NCBI GenBank assembly: GCA_964304625.1
Contig: OZ199839.1
Span: 7,522,966-7,586,965 of the forward strand
Reading direction: 5' to 3'
Source of the DNA: Kudoa neothunni
Taxonomy: Eukaryota; Animalia; Cnidaria
DNA: 64,000 bases
Shown: positions 29,616 to 42,760 of the stretch, piece after piece
Layout of the letters: each line of letters begins with the position of its first letter
Numbering within the stretch: position 1 is the first letter of the stretch
Program-made: the position numbers and the translations under genes
The notes under the pieces: generated by a model
What the model was told of the DNA's origin: nothing
What the model saw: only the letters and a program-made list of their open reading frames with translations
Database searches by the model: none

Positions 29616-31765
29616 CGCTCGAACACCTGTGAAATAAAGTTACACGAATACGTGAACAGGACCGCAGTGTTCCTGTGCTATTTTCTTCCAATATAGTTGG
29701 AATCATAGCTCCTAACCCATAGATCTAAAGTCATCGACCTTTGTCTTTTTATTGTGATGCAATATATTTTCAAAAAATTAATATTAATATATTGTTGAGA
29801 ATTATATTAATGCTCGCCACATCAATAAAGAAATACCGCAAGTAAATTCACATTAAAATTTTCTATTATTATTATTATTTTATATCCGTAATGATTCTTG
29901 TATTGATCGAAATTCGCTGCCAGAAACGGGTTGCCAATTACTTTAAAACACTTTTTTTTAAAAGAAAACTAAATATAATCAAAGTAACCGAAAATAACTT
30001 AAACTCTCCTTTTTACCAACTTAACCCTTCAAACGTTAATTTATTTATATACATAAAAATCAAAATGTCTAACAAAACAAGACAAAAATTTCAATTATAG
30101 AATGAATATGTTTTAGTTGCAATGGCATGTATCACATTCTACAATATTAGTTCGGTGGCTTTCACAAACATACTGTTGGCGTTATGTACAATATATTCTA
30201 ATTCTTTTCTTTTCACCTATCGAACAAATGCGACACAAACTTCTTCCGGAAAAATATTCTGTTTTTAGTCTGGATTGATTTGGCAGTATCGTCATCTCCA
30301 AATAACTCTTCAACAAGCATTTTCAAGAATTTTCTTCTTGATCGCTTTTTATTAGCTTCATGGAATTGAGGATTTCTATTAATATACAAAAGATAAGCAT
30401 TGTAACCAGCTATATCAATTATATTGAAAAAAATTGCCAACGACGAGTAGCTCGCTTGGTGGAATAGCAACGGATAATACGGTCTAGACTCTAGAGTATC
30501 GACGCTACCTTTGGTTGAATTGTAATACATTATAATTTCAGGCTTTTTGGTCTCCTTGTTTATCGAAATGTTTTGATGTTGAGAGCTTAAAATAACTACC
30601 GATTTGTTTTTTTCCCGGTTGAACTTTACCAGAGTAAATTTGTCCTGAAAAAGAAATTTGATTTCATTTACAGTACCCTTTGGTGATTGGAATGGGGAAA
30701 AAGAAATTTTTTATTTTTTCTTACTGTTCCAAAAATAGTAGTCTTATTTGAAATAAGGTACCTTGCCAATGTATATTTTTGCAATGCAGAGATACGCATT
30801 TGTTGCATCCCACAACTCCCAGATTTTAATTCCATACTAACCAGACTTTGAAGGAATAAACGTTTGAAGAAGTATCGTCCTCTAAATGTTACAAGAAGCT
30901 GATCAACAGTCAACTGAAAGGATGGGTCGTAACATTCCCCGCATGTCTTTATGGAGCAGTCAAAAATATGTTTAATTGGAGTTAATTTATCCGCGCGATT
31001 TCTGGATATCTTTTTTATTATGAATGATATACCATATTTTTCACTCCAGAACTCTCTAATATTCTCGTTCTTCCCTTTCATCATACCAATAAGTATGACT
31101 GCAGCCAAATAAATGTTGAGTTTTTCCAAATAAATTTTAATGTTGGATTTTTCTAGTTTTATGAACATATTTGTGCAATATACGGTGTTATCAAGTATAA
31201 AAAAGTCAAGAAATTAATAAATGCTCTCAATGAAGTCTATCCTAAAAGTCTTGCTTCTTTTGAAAATTCTGGTTTCTCCCTGTATATATTTTACTGCGTT
31301 ACTTTCCTTTTAATTCTTGTTGGAGTTCTATACTACTTTTCTCCGTCTTTTGACACGACACAGGAGATTTCTGAAGCATCTTGGATACTTTCGTCGCTGT
31401 CATTTATACATTTTAGTGTTCTTAGCTTAAATTATAATTTGTTATAAAATACTCAATTATATATAGGATTGGTCGTAAAACGTCGTTTCTAGAATTCAGT
31501 AATATTAATGGTGTTTCAAAAGTTGATTAGATCATTGGTTTCAGGTGGACCACTGCGGTCCTACTCAGGTAATAATGTAACTTTTTTTGTTTTTTCATTT
31601 GCACAAAAAGTTACCAAGTCTAAAAATCTAATATTTTAACATTTTATTTAGTAGGTTTACACAATAAAATACATTTAATTATAAATTAATAACTTATAAA
31701 ACTGAATAGATATTAAAGGTTTTTTTGCTAGTGGACCACAATGATCCACTCCAGGTATTCGAGGG
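29616..31765 (-). mobile_element. piggyBac element related to 14792-17481, internally deleted and decayed
   Basis: TTAA|CGCTCGAACACCTG ... CAGGTATTCGAGGG|TTAA; transposase fragments 30213-31168. Confidence 0.9.
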
Positions 31766-31965
31766 TTAAAAATATTAAATATTCACAAAAATCAAATCAT
31801 AGAATCAAAAATATAATAATAAATTTATTATATCAAAAAACACTTGTACTATTGAAGAACCGAAACAATGGTAGATTTATATCAAATCGAATAGATTATA
31901 ACCTATAATTATTTTATAATATTTTTTTTTATTTCAAACAATTAAACTTCTAAAGTTGAATATTT

Positions 31966-31993
31966 GATAGATAGATAGATAGATAGATAGATA
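31966..31993. repeat. (GATA)n microsatellite
   Basis: Read directly from the sequence. Confidence 0.9.
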
Positions 31994-32040
31994 TGACATT
32001 TATTCCGATATGTCGTTTGAAAAATTCTGATCTAAATCTA

Positions 32041-33069
32041 TCTATATCTATATACATGATAAAGTTCTTATGTCTGTCCGTGTGTGTGTGTGTGTGTGTC
32101 AGTTTGCAGTAGTACGCATGTGCCACGGAGAAATTTTCTTTAAATATAGTTGTAAGTTTGTATTTGAATAGATAAAACCATTAATGAAAACCGATCATTC
32201 ACTTGGAAGTATAAATATAGTCAATAACACAGTCCAAAGTAAGTAATTTTCTGGTTGTCTTCACAAATAGAAGATTAAAAACACCTGAATAATATTGATG
32301 TTTGTTTACTTCTGATTGATAGCCAATTAATATGAACTTTTACTCACTATACAGAAAAAGAGTCTCTTAATTATGGTATAGAGTGTTCTAAAAATTTTAC
32401 ATACGCCTGTTCGAAGCACTTTTGAGACAAATAAACCTATTAACGTCATATTTCCCTTATAATTTGAAGCATAAACAAGTTATTCGGTATGTATCCTAAT
32501 TATTCCTTACCCCAGACCTTGAGGTTAATATTCAAATCAATGTACTGTTTTCTTTATGCTCGCATTAATTTATTATGATATAAAAGCTGCACAAAAATAC
32601 AGCCCCCTCTCAAAGTTTTTGTTAATCTAAGAATAGTTCAGTACGAAGAGAATTTTTTAGGGCAGTCAAACAGTACGTTAATTTTTAAAACCAAAAACAC
32701 CTTTACATTTTTGATTTAATCGGATTTTGTTAATTAAATGTGTATATTTTTGAACCATCATTGGCATCATTATAAAATTGCGATAAAAGGAGTAACAATT
32801 ATTATTTATCGTTTGTAGACTAATAACAAATTTTATAATTAGAAGGATTAATTTTTATCACTAGTTACATTTCTCTCCATACATCTATTTATATTTGAAT
32901 GGAAGGTGTGCGCATAATTTCGTTTATCTAAATCATCACATTGCAAAAATAATGACAAGCTTTAAAATGCATAAATTATGCATTAGCGCCATTTACTTTA
33001 TAATCAAAAAGGCTTTAGTCTGCGCCAGGTGTTAGCCTACTTGGCTGGGCAAGGAAGCCTTTGCGCTAG
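32041..33069 (+). mobile_element. Non-autonomous Helitron-like element
   Basis: 5' A|TCTATA...ATAAAG followed by TGTC/(GT)n; 3' ...GCGCTAG|T; no TSD; 3' part repeated at 1-345. Confidence 0.6.
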
Positions 33070-33798
33070 TAACAAATAAAATCCCAAAAGTATCCACACT
33101 TTGATCACGCGAATGTTCAATAATTTTAAACATGTTTTTTGGCACATTTTGTTTAGCACATTTATTGTGTAAATTTAATTCAATAAAGTATTTTTGCATT
33201 ATTAACAAATATTTAGTCTGTTATTATGAAGAAATTTAAAAAATTCAATGAAATTCAACAATTACGTATTTGATTATACTCGCGCGCAAATAATGTCTAA
33301 AAACAGGTGTGTTAAATTTTGTGCATTTATCCGTTGCATGTTCCCAAGAAAATTAAATAAAATTAGTTATCTGCTGGATTTAATAATTATTATTTGCTTT
33401 GAATATTTAGAAAATGATTGGATTATCATTTTGCATTATATTAAGTCCCGAAAATATTATTCTTTTTAAAAATAATTATAATTTTTTATCTCATGATAAT
33501 ATCAATAGGCATCGATATAATCTATGGTTTTTGGCGCAGAATCAGCATACACACAATTTGATTCTCTACGTAAAAAGAAATTATTAAATTTATAAAAATA
33601 AATATTCATTTAATTTTCTGAATTATTTTGGATAATAGTGGTAAAATTAAATATTTTACTGTAAAAATATCAGCCTATTTGTATATAGACGAGTAAAAAA
33701 CTAGATTGGAATTCAATATGAAAAATGTCAAATTTAGATAACTGGATGAAACTTTAGATGGTTATAATAAGTTTTAGATGGTGAAAGAGAGAAAATCA

Positions 33799-36700
33799 TT
33801 AGTCGTCGCTGAGTTCGCTAGCTTCACTAAAGCTGTCATCATAATCATCAGAGTTGTCATCTTCATCCATGTTTTCATCGTAATCAATGTCGCTTTCCTC
33901 AAAATTCTCATCGCTTAATGAGACGCTTGTATGTGAAGAATGGTCTAAAAATTGAGTTATATGCATTACAATGTGATTCACAACAAAATACCATCGGCTA
34001 AATTGTCACCGTTATGTGATATATGAGTGGATGAGAGTATATCAGAAAGTCGGCTGTTTGAATTAGATCCATCATTATATCGTAATTTGATGGACGATTC
34101 CGCTTCCTCTGGAACTTCAACTACAACCTATCATTGTTTATTTACTGATATATATATATATATATATAATGATATTGTTACATCTCGAATTGATGGATCC
34201 AAATTTTGTGTTGGGCGTTCAGGAAGGGATTTGTAACCACCGAATTCATCCCCCACGAAAAAGCTTATAGTATCAAGATCCATATCGGGTGTTAGATCTA
34301 TCATGAACGATTTTATATGTTAATTTTTGAATTAAATTGAAATTTAATCGTAATACGTTCGAGTTCCTCATCTTTTCGATTCATCATTGGAGTATTGGTT
34401 TTGAGAAAATTGAACAGAAACTGTTTCAAAGGTGATTCAGCCTACAATTTCAGTCATGTAAGATATCAAAAAGTAATATTAACTAGATGAAAGTTAATAA
34501 TCAAAGATATACGTTGATATCTTTGGCGAATAGGAAAGAAAGAAATCTAGCGCGATCTCTAACGTCATAGTCGGAATCGTGATTGGCCAATTCAAACAAA
34601 TAATCACACATAACTTTCACCTATATCAACAAAAATTATCAAAAAATTATTTATTAATCTACATTTAAAGCAGAATACCTTTTGAGTGTTAATAATGAGG
34701 AGTTTGGCAGCAAGATTTAGAATTTGAAGCTTGGGGTTCACCATCTAAATAAATGATTGATAAATACGAACAACTCTTTTTTAAAAAACCAAATAAACCT
34801 CATCACAAAATCCTTTGAGACAAGTTCGAAGAAAATCAGGTGCGATAGAAATCATCAATTCCGCGTACTGGTACACCAACCAAATAATACTCGAACGAGC
34901 GTACGAAGTTTTAATCAACGGCATAACATTCACCAATTTGGCTATAACCTTTTCTATGGTGATACGTGGTTTACGATTAGTTGCAGCAACAGAATTTTGT
35001 TGATCTTGGTCGGTGGCGGACCTTCTCGGTAGTGATCTCAAGCTGTTGGCTAATTGAAGTAGGTCTCTAATGGCAACCACAATTTCTTCCACAATGTCCA
35101 CTAGATTATGCTCATATTAAGTTCACTCAACAAATAATTAATAGTAATAATAATATTGTTATAATTAAGCTAAAAGCATAAATTAAATACATCTGTTATC
35201 GGAGAGAAATCCAATAAGCTTTTTAACCACCTTAAACGCAAGATCAGGATACAGTTTAACACATTTGAAAATGATTCGAATAGCCAAAACGGCAACTGTT
35301 TGAATGTTGAATGTGATATAGACCTACGATATGGCATAAAAAAATCGTCAAAAATAGCAAAATTTTGATCGATCAAATTACATATAGTTCATCAAACAAT
35401 TTTTCTTGGTTATAGTCGTTCATTAGCAGTGGGAACAACTGCAACTAAAGGAGTGCGCTTAATCAGCGACCAAACTAATATTAAAAGACAATTCAAACCT
35501 TTTGCACACTAGTATACACAGATTCCGACCGGTATAAGAAGAATGACTGATAATACGGTTGGAAAAAGTCCTACAATATATTGAGGAAAATAATAATTTG
35601 CATAAAAATAAAAATTACTGGATATGTTTCAACATAACTTTTCATGTATTGACAAACTAATTGTTTTACACGACTGTAATGGGACATTAGAATAGATCTC
35701 GGAAGCAAATTTATTACTCAATATGACACATGTGAGCTATAATAGTTTTAACTACTTGTTCAAACATTTTTCTCGTCCCACAATAGAAAATAAAGTTAAT
35801 CACAGCCAAGTTCAACTATATACATTAAAACATTTTGATTCAATTCAAAATAATTAAATTACGGCGGCATTTTTTGATCCCGATGCACTCAGGATACTAT
35901 CATATAAAAGTCTAAAATCAGGATCCATGCTAAATTCATCATCCAAACCTAGAATTCATTCATAAAAAATCTAATATTTTCAACTAACAAAAAATAACCG
36001 AATATAAGAGTGCTTGAAGCCTTTGATTGGTCTACAATAGAATTTAGAATGTCGTCTATTTCAACATTTCTCGGTGTGTCAGTTTCCTGAGTTGGTGTGT
36101 TTTTAAATGCTGAATCAAAATTATATCTATATATAATTATAACAATTATTGATTACTTGTTCCGTTGTTATCGCATTCAGTCGAATCTTTTTGATTCTGA
36201 AGAATAAAGTAAATATTAGACAAAACAAAAAAAGGATCAAACATCATCTGCATTATCATTGTTTTCTATGGTGGCTGTTTGGTTGGGGGCGCCAACCAAA
36301 CTGGAGGTATCACTGTGTGGTTTCGATAGAATGGCGGGGTCTGCAAAGTAAGTTCTTGAGTAGACTGTCAAGCATCGAACCGCCGTGACTTTATCCCAGG
36401 AAGATAGACGATGCAAGTTATGACATATGAAACGGAATCGTTTATGAGCCACCTCTAATTTTTCCCGATAAAATTCCACTATGATTTTGAATGCCACAAC
36501 AACCACTTCCTAATAGGATGGATGGATGGATAGATAGATAGATAGATGTATACACAAGAGAGTTAATACTATATTTTTGTCGTTAAACAATTTCTCCGCC
36601 AAAAAATAAGCATTCTCGTAATTTTCGCTATTCACCGCCTGCAAGTAGACGTACAAACAAATACAAGCGGTCTTTCTCGTGCTAACCGAAACGTCTCCAG

Positions 36701-37428
36701 ATAGCTAACTCAGTTTCAGATTTAGATTGGGATTTGTATAATCAATTTTACCAACCTCTTGAATAGAGGCGAATATGATTGGGTTCACCACCGGCGAATT
36801 CAATAATGTGAGAACCTTAAGTGAATGCTTTCTAGATTCTTCACTATGATCCTAAAAAAAGTTCATTCTCTGCTGTCATTGCTACATTAATTAGTTATTG
36901 TATTTAGTGTGGTTCTCACCTTGAGGGAACGCTGCAGATTTCCAACGGCCAACAATGATGTCTCAACGTTGAGCGACGTGTAATGAATCAAATATATGCA
37001 AACTAATTGTCTCAACTATATAGATTTTTCATAAAAATATTTTAAAAAATAAATTATGAGCATTGAGATGATACCTCAACATTTTTTGTTCCGATACATT
37101 TGATTATGGCCGCATAGTATTTGTTCACGTTGTATCCATGAGAAAGTTGCTAAAGTTGTTAACAATTTAATAAATTTACTAAATTCTATGCAATACTTTA
37201 AATACAACTCGCATCCCTTTCAATCTCAATAGATCATTTGAACTATCCAATAATTCCTTTATTTCTCCTTCTTTTCTATACACACACGAACATACATACA
37301 TGTATAAAAATTCGTTCAAACAAAACGTACATATCTATAATATTTTCCGAAATCACATCTGATTTCAATACGAAATCCTTAATCACATCTCCTACTGTGG
37401 TTTTTCTGGTCATCGAAGAATCCGTCAT
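33799..37428 (-). CDS. AP3B: AP-3 adaptor complex subunit beta, multi-exon
   Basis: SLLAVGNLQRSLK, DVSVSTRKTA, LSSWDKV, IVVAIRDLLQ, ARSSIIWLV.QYAE....APDFLR, KLQILNL.AKL, DSDYDVRDRARF, then an acidic S/D/E stretch. Exact termini less certain. Confidence 0.85.
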
Positions 37429-38762
37429 CACCACAGCTTACGACCTTATGCGATTACTCCTTTTAAATCTTATAACAAACGGATTATACATTGTTGATTT
37501 TTATTGGTGTTATTCTCTCGAGAGATTCTTGTATATATATATATATATATATATGTAAGTAATTTGAACAAATTAAACCAAGATGAAAGTCTTTTTTTAT
37601 TGAATCATGATAGTAAATGTCCATTTCAATATTTGGGAAATTATTAATTGTTATCATTTCCATTAGATTTTAGAATTCTCATATGTTATTTTATTCCTTT
37701 ATCTCGCTAATAATTCATAACATTAGTTGTTAGTGTTACATTATATCATCAGATTTTATTATTATAGATAATTAATCGGTTTAAATACCTAATTTTCGAT
37801 ACTATTCATAACTAATGATACCAATATATTCAAAAATTATCGATCATTCTGCGTTATCTTGGAATGAAGTTGTTTTTATTATCGCATTAATTTGTTATTA
37901 TTTTAGTATATATTTGAACTTCAAATTTTCTCATTTACATCCAACATAAATCAAAACCAAAATATTTTAGTTAATTCAACTTGCTATGTATAATTGAAAA
38001 AGGATGAGCATTATCTTTGCACTCCTCATGGCTTAGACATTCAATGATTGAAGCTATTATTCTAAAATAATAGACGTAAAAAATGAATATAAACGTAATA
38101 CTAAACTATAAAAAGTATGGTCGCTTAAATAAGACAAATAAAAATAGCCAATTCGTAATTCGTATAGTTCACTAGAAACGTTATTTCAAAATCAATTGTT
38201 TTTTATAAGTTATTCAAAGCAGGACATTTTGTTTTGATTATGAAACATGAAAATTGTTTTCGGGGTTTAATGAATTCTAATACTTATTATTTGTATATTA
38301 TTAAAATTGGCATTCATTTATTACCTATACTTTAAAGAAAAATTAAGCTTGGATTTAAGTCAGAGGCAACATACAAATTCGAAACTAATTGATATCAAAA
38401 CAACCAGAAATATAATTGTACGCATTACCTCCCTACATGATTCAAACGGGGACTAATGAAAATTACAAAGTGAATAAACTAAGATTAATTTTTAAATTTA
38501 CTTTGGAATGACCTTCGCCTCCCCTGTAGGAAAACACTTATGTATATATCTATCTACTATATACATATAAAGCTGAAATGTCAACAAGTATGCATGTGCG
38601 TCAAAATTTTTTCCGTGATGAGAGACATTTATGGAACTTTTTAAAAATCACAATGTTTCGAAAATAATGATTTCGTCGATTCAAAGTTAGTTTTCCCATT
38701 TATATGTTATATCAAATGTTGATTCACTGCTGCCATCTGACTTTGTATATATATATTTGTAA

Positions 38763-40195
38763 TCAGATCATAGCACAAAAAATAATTATAATAAAAAATT
38801 TACCTTGAAATACGTGAGAATTTATTGAATTAATTGAAATAAGTGGATTTTGAAAATTTCTTATTTTCAACCTCAAATCTCCATTATTCTCAAGGTTAAG
38901 CTGGTTCCTCTTCTTTGTCAAAATTGCGTCCGCATGAATAAAACCGACTTGAACCATATAGGAGGTTGGGAACGCTATTAGAAAATATTCATGTTCTCCA
39001 AATCTTCGTATCTTATTTTCCAATCTTCCTTTAGTTTATTAAGGTGCTCAATGTATATCCACAAATCATGATCCAATATATTTTTTGACTTTGTTAATAC
39101 TTGCATATTTGAGAAATATTTGAACTTCCAAATGTTGATTCGTCGAGTTGAATAACAAATTTATATCTCTAGAGCTCAGATATTAATGTCCTTTCTACAT
39201 CGTTTGCCATTTCTTCAATGCGTCTCCGCACAAAATTTGCGCTCAATGATATACATTTAAGAACTGGAAGAGGGTCTTTCTTTAAAACACATTCAATCAC
39301 ATCCTTAATTGCAAGTACTATAATATCTTCTCCAATAATGTATGGTTTCCTTTTTTTGTCATATTAATTGAGATACTGTACGATACATTTAGTCCTCCTT
39401 CATTATCAACACTGGCGGAGCCTTACATTTATCTTTAAGTTTTTTGAAAAATTCAACGTCCTTATCTTTTTTACTAGAATGGATTCTCTTTCTAACTGTG
39501 GGATTCATTATGAATATTATGGTTCCTGTCGAAAAATAGAGCAATTGTGCCAAACAATATTTCAGATATTACGCGAGGTTTAACATCAAATAAATAAATA
39601 AAATTTCCTCCAATGTACTGTTTAATTGTCATCCGTATCTACAGCTGTATTATCATCATCACAATTAAATTTTTGGCTTTTTTATTATGTTTTCCCTGTC
39701 GTTCGTGATGACATCGGTAAACAGCTATCATCGTTTCTTTTGACGAGTTGTTTTGCAAGTAATTTGCACTTGACGGTATCTGCCTTTAGAGAGTTTGTTT
39801 GCTTGGTTTTAATTGGGTTCATCATAAAATCAGCTAAAATGCCGACTTTTGAAATGTTAATGCTATTATCCTTTATTTCTTTTTGTTGTATTTGCGCGAG
39901 GAAGCAATCAGTGTTAAAGAATAATACAGCTATGTTATTATAGTAAACGAAGCTGACGATCACCCTGAACGTTGTTGTCTAGGGGATTACTACACTTTAA
40001 CTTTGACCAAAATCGGGGGATAATGTCAATACTCTCGTCAATTAATAATGAAAACTTCTGAGATCTACAGATATTTGAAATAAAAGTATCTTTTTCGAAA
40101 GCTGAATCATCCTGAACAATGTATGAAAGTTTGATTTTTTTCATTGACAACGGTTCCACAATTTTACTGTGAGGGGATGCAATTTTGCACATGGG
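38763..40195 (-). pseudogene. hAT (Charlie/ZBED5-type) transposase remnant(s)
   Basis: FSLLIDESIDI; KKGKPYIIGEDII; ISLSANFVRRRIEEMA; IAFPTSYMV..GF...LTKKRNQL.....DLRL. Confidence 0.8.
39884..39994. mobile_element. Internally deleted, inverted copy of the solo LTR at 9976-10145
   Basis: TGTTGTATTTGCGCGAGG...GGGGATTACTACA is the reverse complement of 9976-10145; flanks CTTTT / CTTTA (4 of 5 TSD match). Confidence 0.8.
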
Positions 40196-42379
40196 GTGGA
40201 AATGATCAATAAATGTAAGAATGTTGTTATAATAAAATCTAAAACCCCCAAACTGTTTTTTCTGTGAAATTCTTAGTTTTAGTGAATTATATGTTTACTA
40301 ATAAAAATAACCCTAAACATATTCTATTAACTTCTAAAAATATTCTCAATTCGAATATTTGACCGAATTTTTTGTTCGGAATCTTTAGCATATAAAAAAA
40401 CTTATTATACCAAAAAAATATAGTTTTTAATTTTTTGTTCGATGTATTACACATACCTCAAGGTAAAAAAATTAATATTATCGTTGTTAAAAAGTAGGTT
40501 TTCAAATTTTAGTAATAAAAACTGAATAATTTCTTAATTTATGCAAACAAAATTAATTTAAAAAAATTATAAACTAAAACAAATCTTGCTACATCAATAC
40601 TTATATTTGATAGTTCACAAAATATTTTTTTATGGAAAAAATGAGATGTTTTGTGAAACTTGCACTAAGTTTATTTCTAAAGTTGGTTTACATAAAATTG
40701 TTATATGTCTATAGAATTAAAATATTAATAATAATAAATAACTTTTCTTTTAATAACTAAGAAAGAAACGAAATAATTTAATGTTTGTTGAAAAAAGATA
40801 CAGATTACACGTGTATCCGACCGTTTTCGGATAAAGCATTCTTAAAATTTTAAAGCTATTATTTTTAGCTGAACTTTAGCTCTCTGTATTCATTTATTTT
40901 GTTATGAACAAATGTGAAAAAATAAAAAAGATAAAACGTGATATAAAGTATTAATGACATATTTTACTACATTTAAATAAATTACGTTAATTTATTTAAA
41001 GGCAGTGTCTATTGGCCCGAACAAATTGATTTATTTAATTTTCGAGCTTTTCATTATAGTAAATCTGTGTTGTCTGATATAAAACAACATGCAAGTGCTT
41101 ACTTAATTTTTTTATCGGTTAAAAATATTCTGTATAATGTAATCATCCTTTAATGTTGTAATACAAAATTATTGTAAAAAAATATAAGATTTTTCACCAG
41201 ACCAAAAACATAAAGTATATAGTTGTTGTATTTAAAGATATTTGGTGAGTTAAAGTTGAAAATAATCTTCCAAATATGAATAAAATTGTTATAATGGATA
41301 ATAACATGATTACAACAGTGAATTCATTTAAAACTATGAATATAACACAAATATATCATATCAGAAAATTATTATTGCAAAATACGTGGAACAAATAAAT
41401 TTCTTACCGATAAAAAATCATAAAAACATTTCATTCAAATGTTAAACAAGTTTCCGAAGAAAATAGAGCATTTACTGCGATAAATTACAATAATGATGAG
41501 GATGGGTCTTTCCTAAGTAACGCCTTATATCACAGATTCCTGGGGACACAATTCTTTTATTTTTTTCACATTAATATATAATCCATTTTAATAATTTTTT
41601 GACTCATTAAAATTTAAAAAGAATCCCTTAAATAAGTAAAAATAATTTGTTAGTGAAATGGCTATTTTCGCCTACGAAGATATTCGGGGAGTTGTAGTTT
41701 GGACTATAATTGATTATACTTGACTCTTGTAGGCAAAAAATCAACCAAAAATAAAGTATGACAGCGTTTTCAAAGAAACTAATTTTATATGTTGGCTATT
41801 AATAGAAATTGTTAGGATTCAAAATAGCGAACATTAGTTCTAAATTCCAATTTATAATTAAGATTTTCCGTGATAAAAACATTTTCTCTATATAGTTTCA
41901 TGACTCGTATTATTCAGAGACACGCAGTATCGATTACACTCAGATATCATTATGATTAAGCGTCTCTAGGGTGTTCATTAGTTACTGAAAATGTATTGAA
42001 TCTGTTTCATCGTAAATCGTACGTAATAGGTCGCTTTATGTGATTATAGTTACACACTTGTGCAAGAAAAATAAGTACAACAGAATATTTTAAGAATAAA
42101 TTGCATCGTATATAGAATGATTAATATTTGTTCATAACTGTCTCTAAAACTTATTAATAATAATATCTTATTCTTTATTATAATTATTTTCGGAGCTTTT
42201 GTAACTTTAATTCAAATAAATTTTAAAAATAAGATATGTCATTCTTAGTCAAGTAAAAACTTGATGCTAATTATTGATATTGTTTATATCAATAAATATT
42301 AACGATCAATTAATTTTAATAAAAATAATTTTAATGAATCATATTGAATCCCTGTTTTTTAGACCTTAGCGAAGTTATT

Positions 42380-42760
42380 TTCCTAAAAAGAATTTCTAGC
42401 TCCCTGTATCGCTTAAAAGAAGAATTAACAACATGTACAACTATTGGGATCAGGATTCGATATGATTATTTATTTCATCCTGCATAATATTATATGCATA
42501 TGAAGTTAACAATGTTTTATATCGTTCGTTAATGTCTGAATTTAATTTCGCAACAGTTTGCGTTGTCCACTCTCTAACTGCTTTACTCTCACGCTCAGTC
42601 CTCATACTTGATAAATAAATAAGCAGTTCGCTGAAAAAGACTTCAATTGTTGATAATTTTTTAATAACAAACATATCCATGAATTCTTTAGCCTTTCCAA
42701 AGTTTGTAAATGCATTTCCGACCATAGTGATTCTACTCGCGACTATCAACGTTACAACCG
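42380..42760 (-). pseudogene. MULE/SWIM-type transposase C-terminal remnant
   Basis: ORF 42450-42749 (...LLTSYAYNIM..EI) followed by SCTC, resembling the start of a SWIM finger. Confidence 0.4.

Noticed and set aside
38548-38620. Helitron-like 5' terminus (TCTACTATATACATATAAAG)
   Set aside because: No matching 3' CTAG end or hairpin identified.
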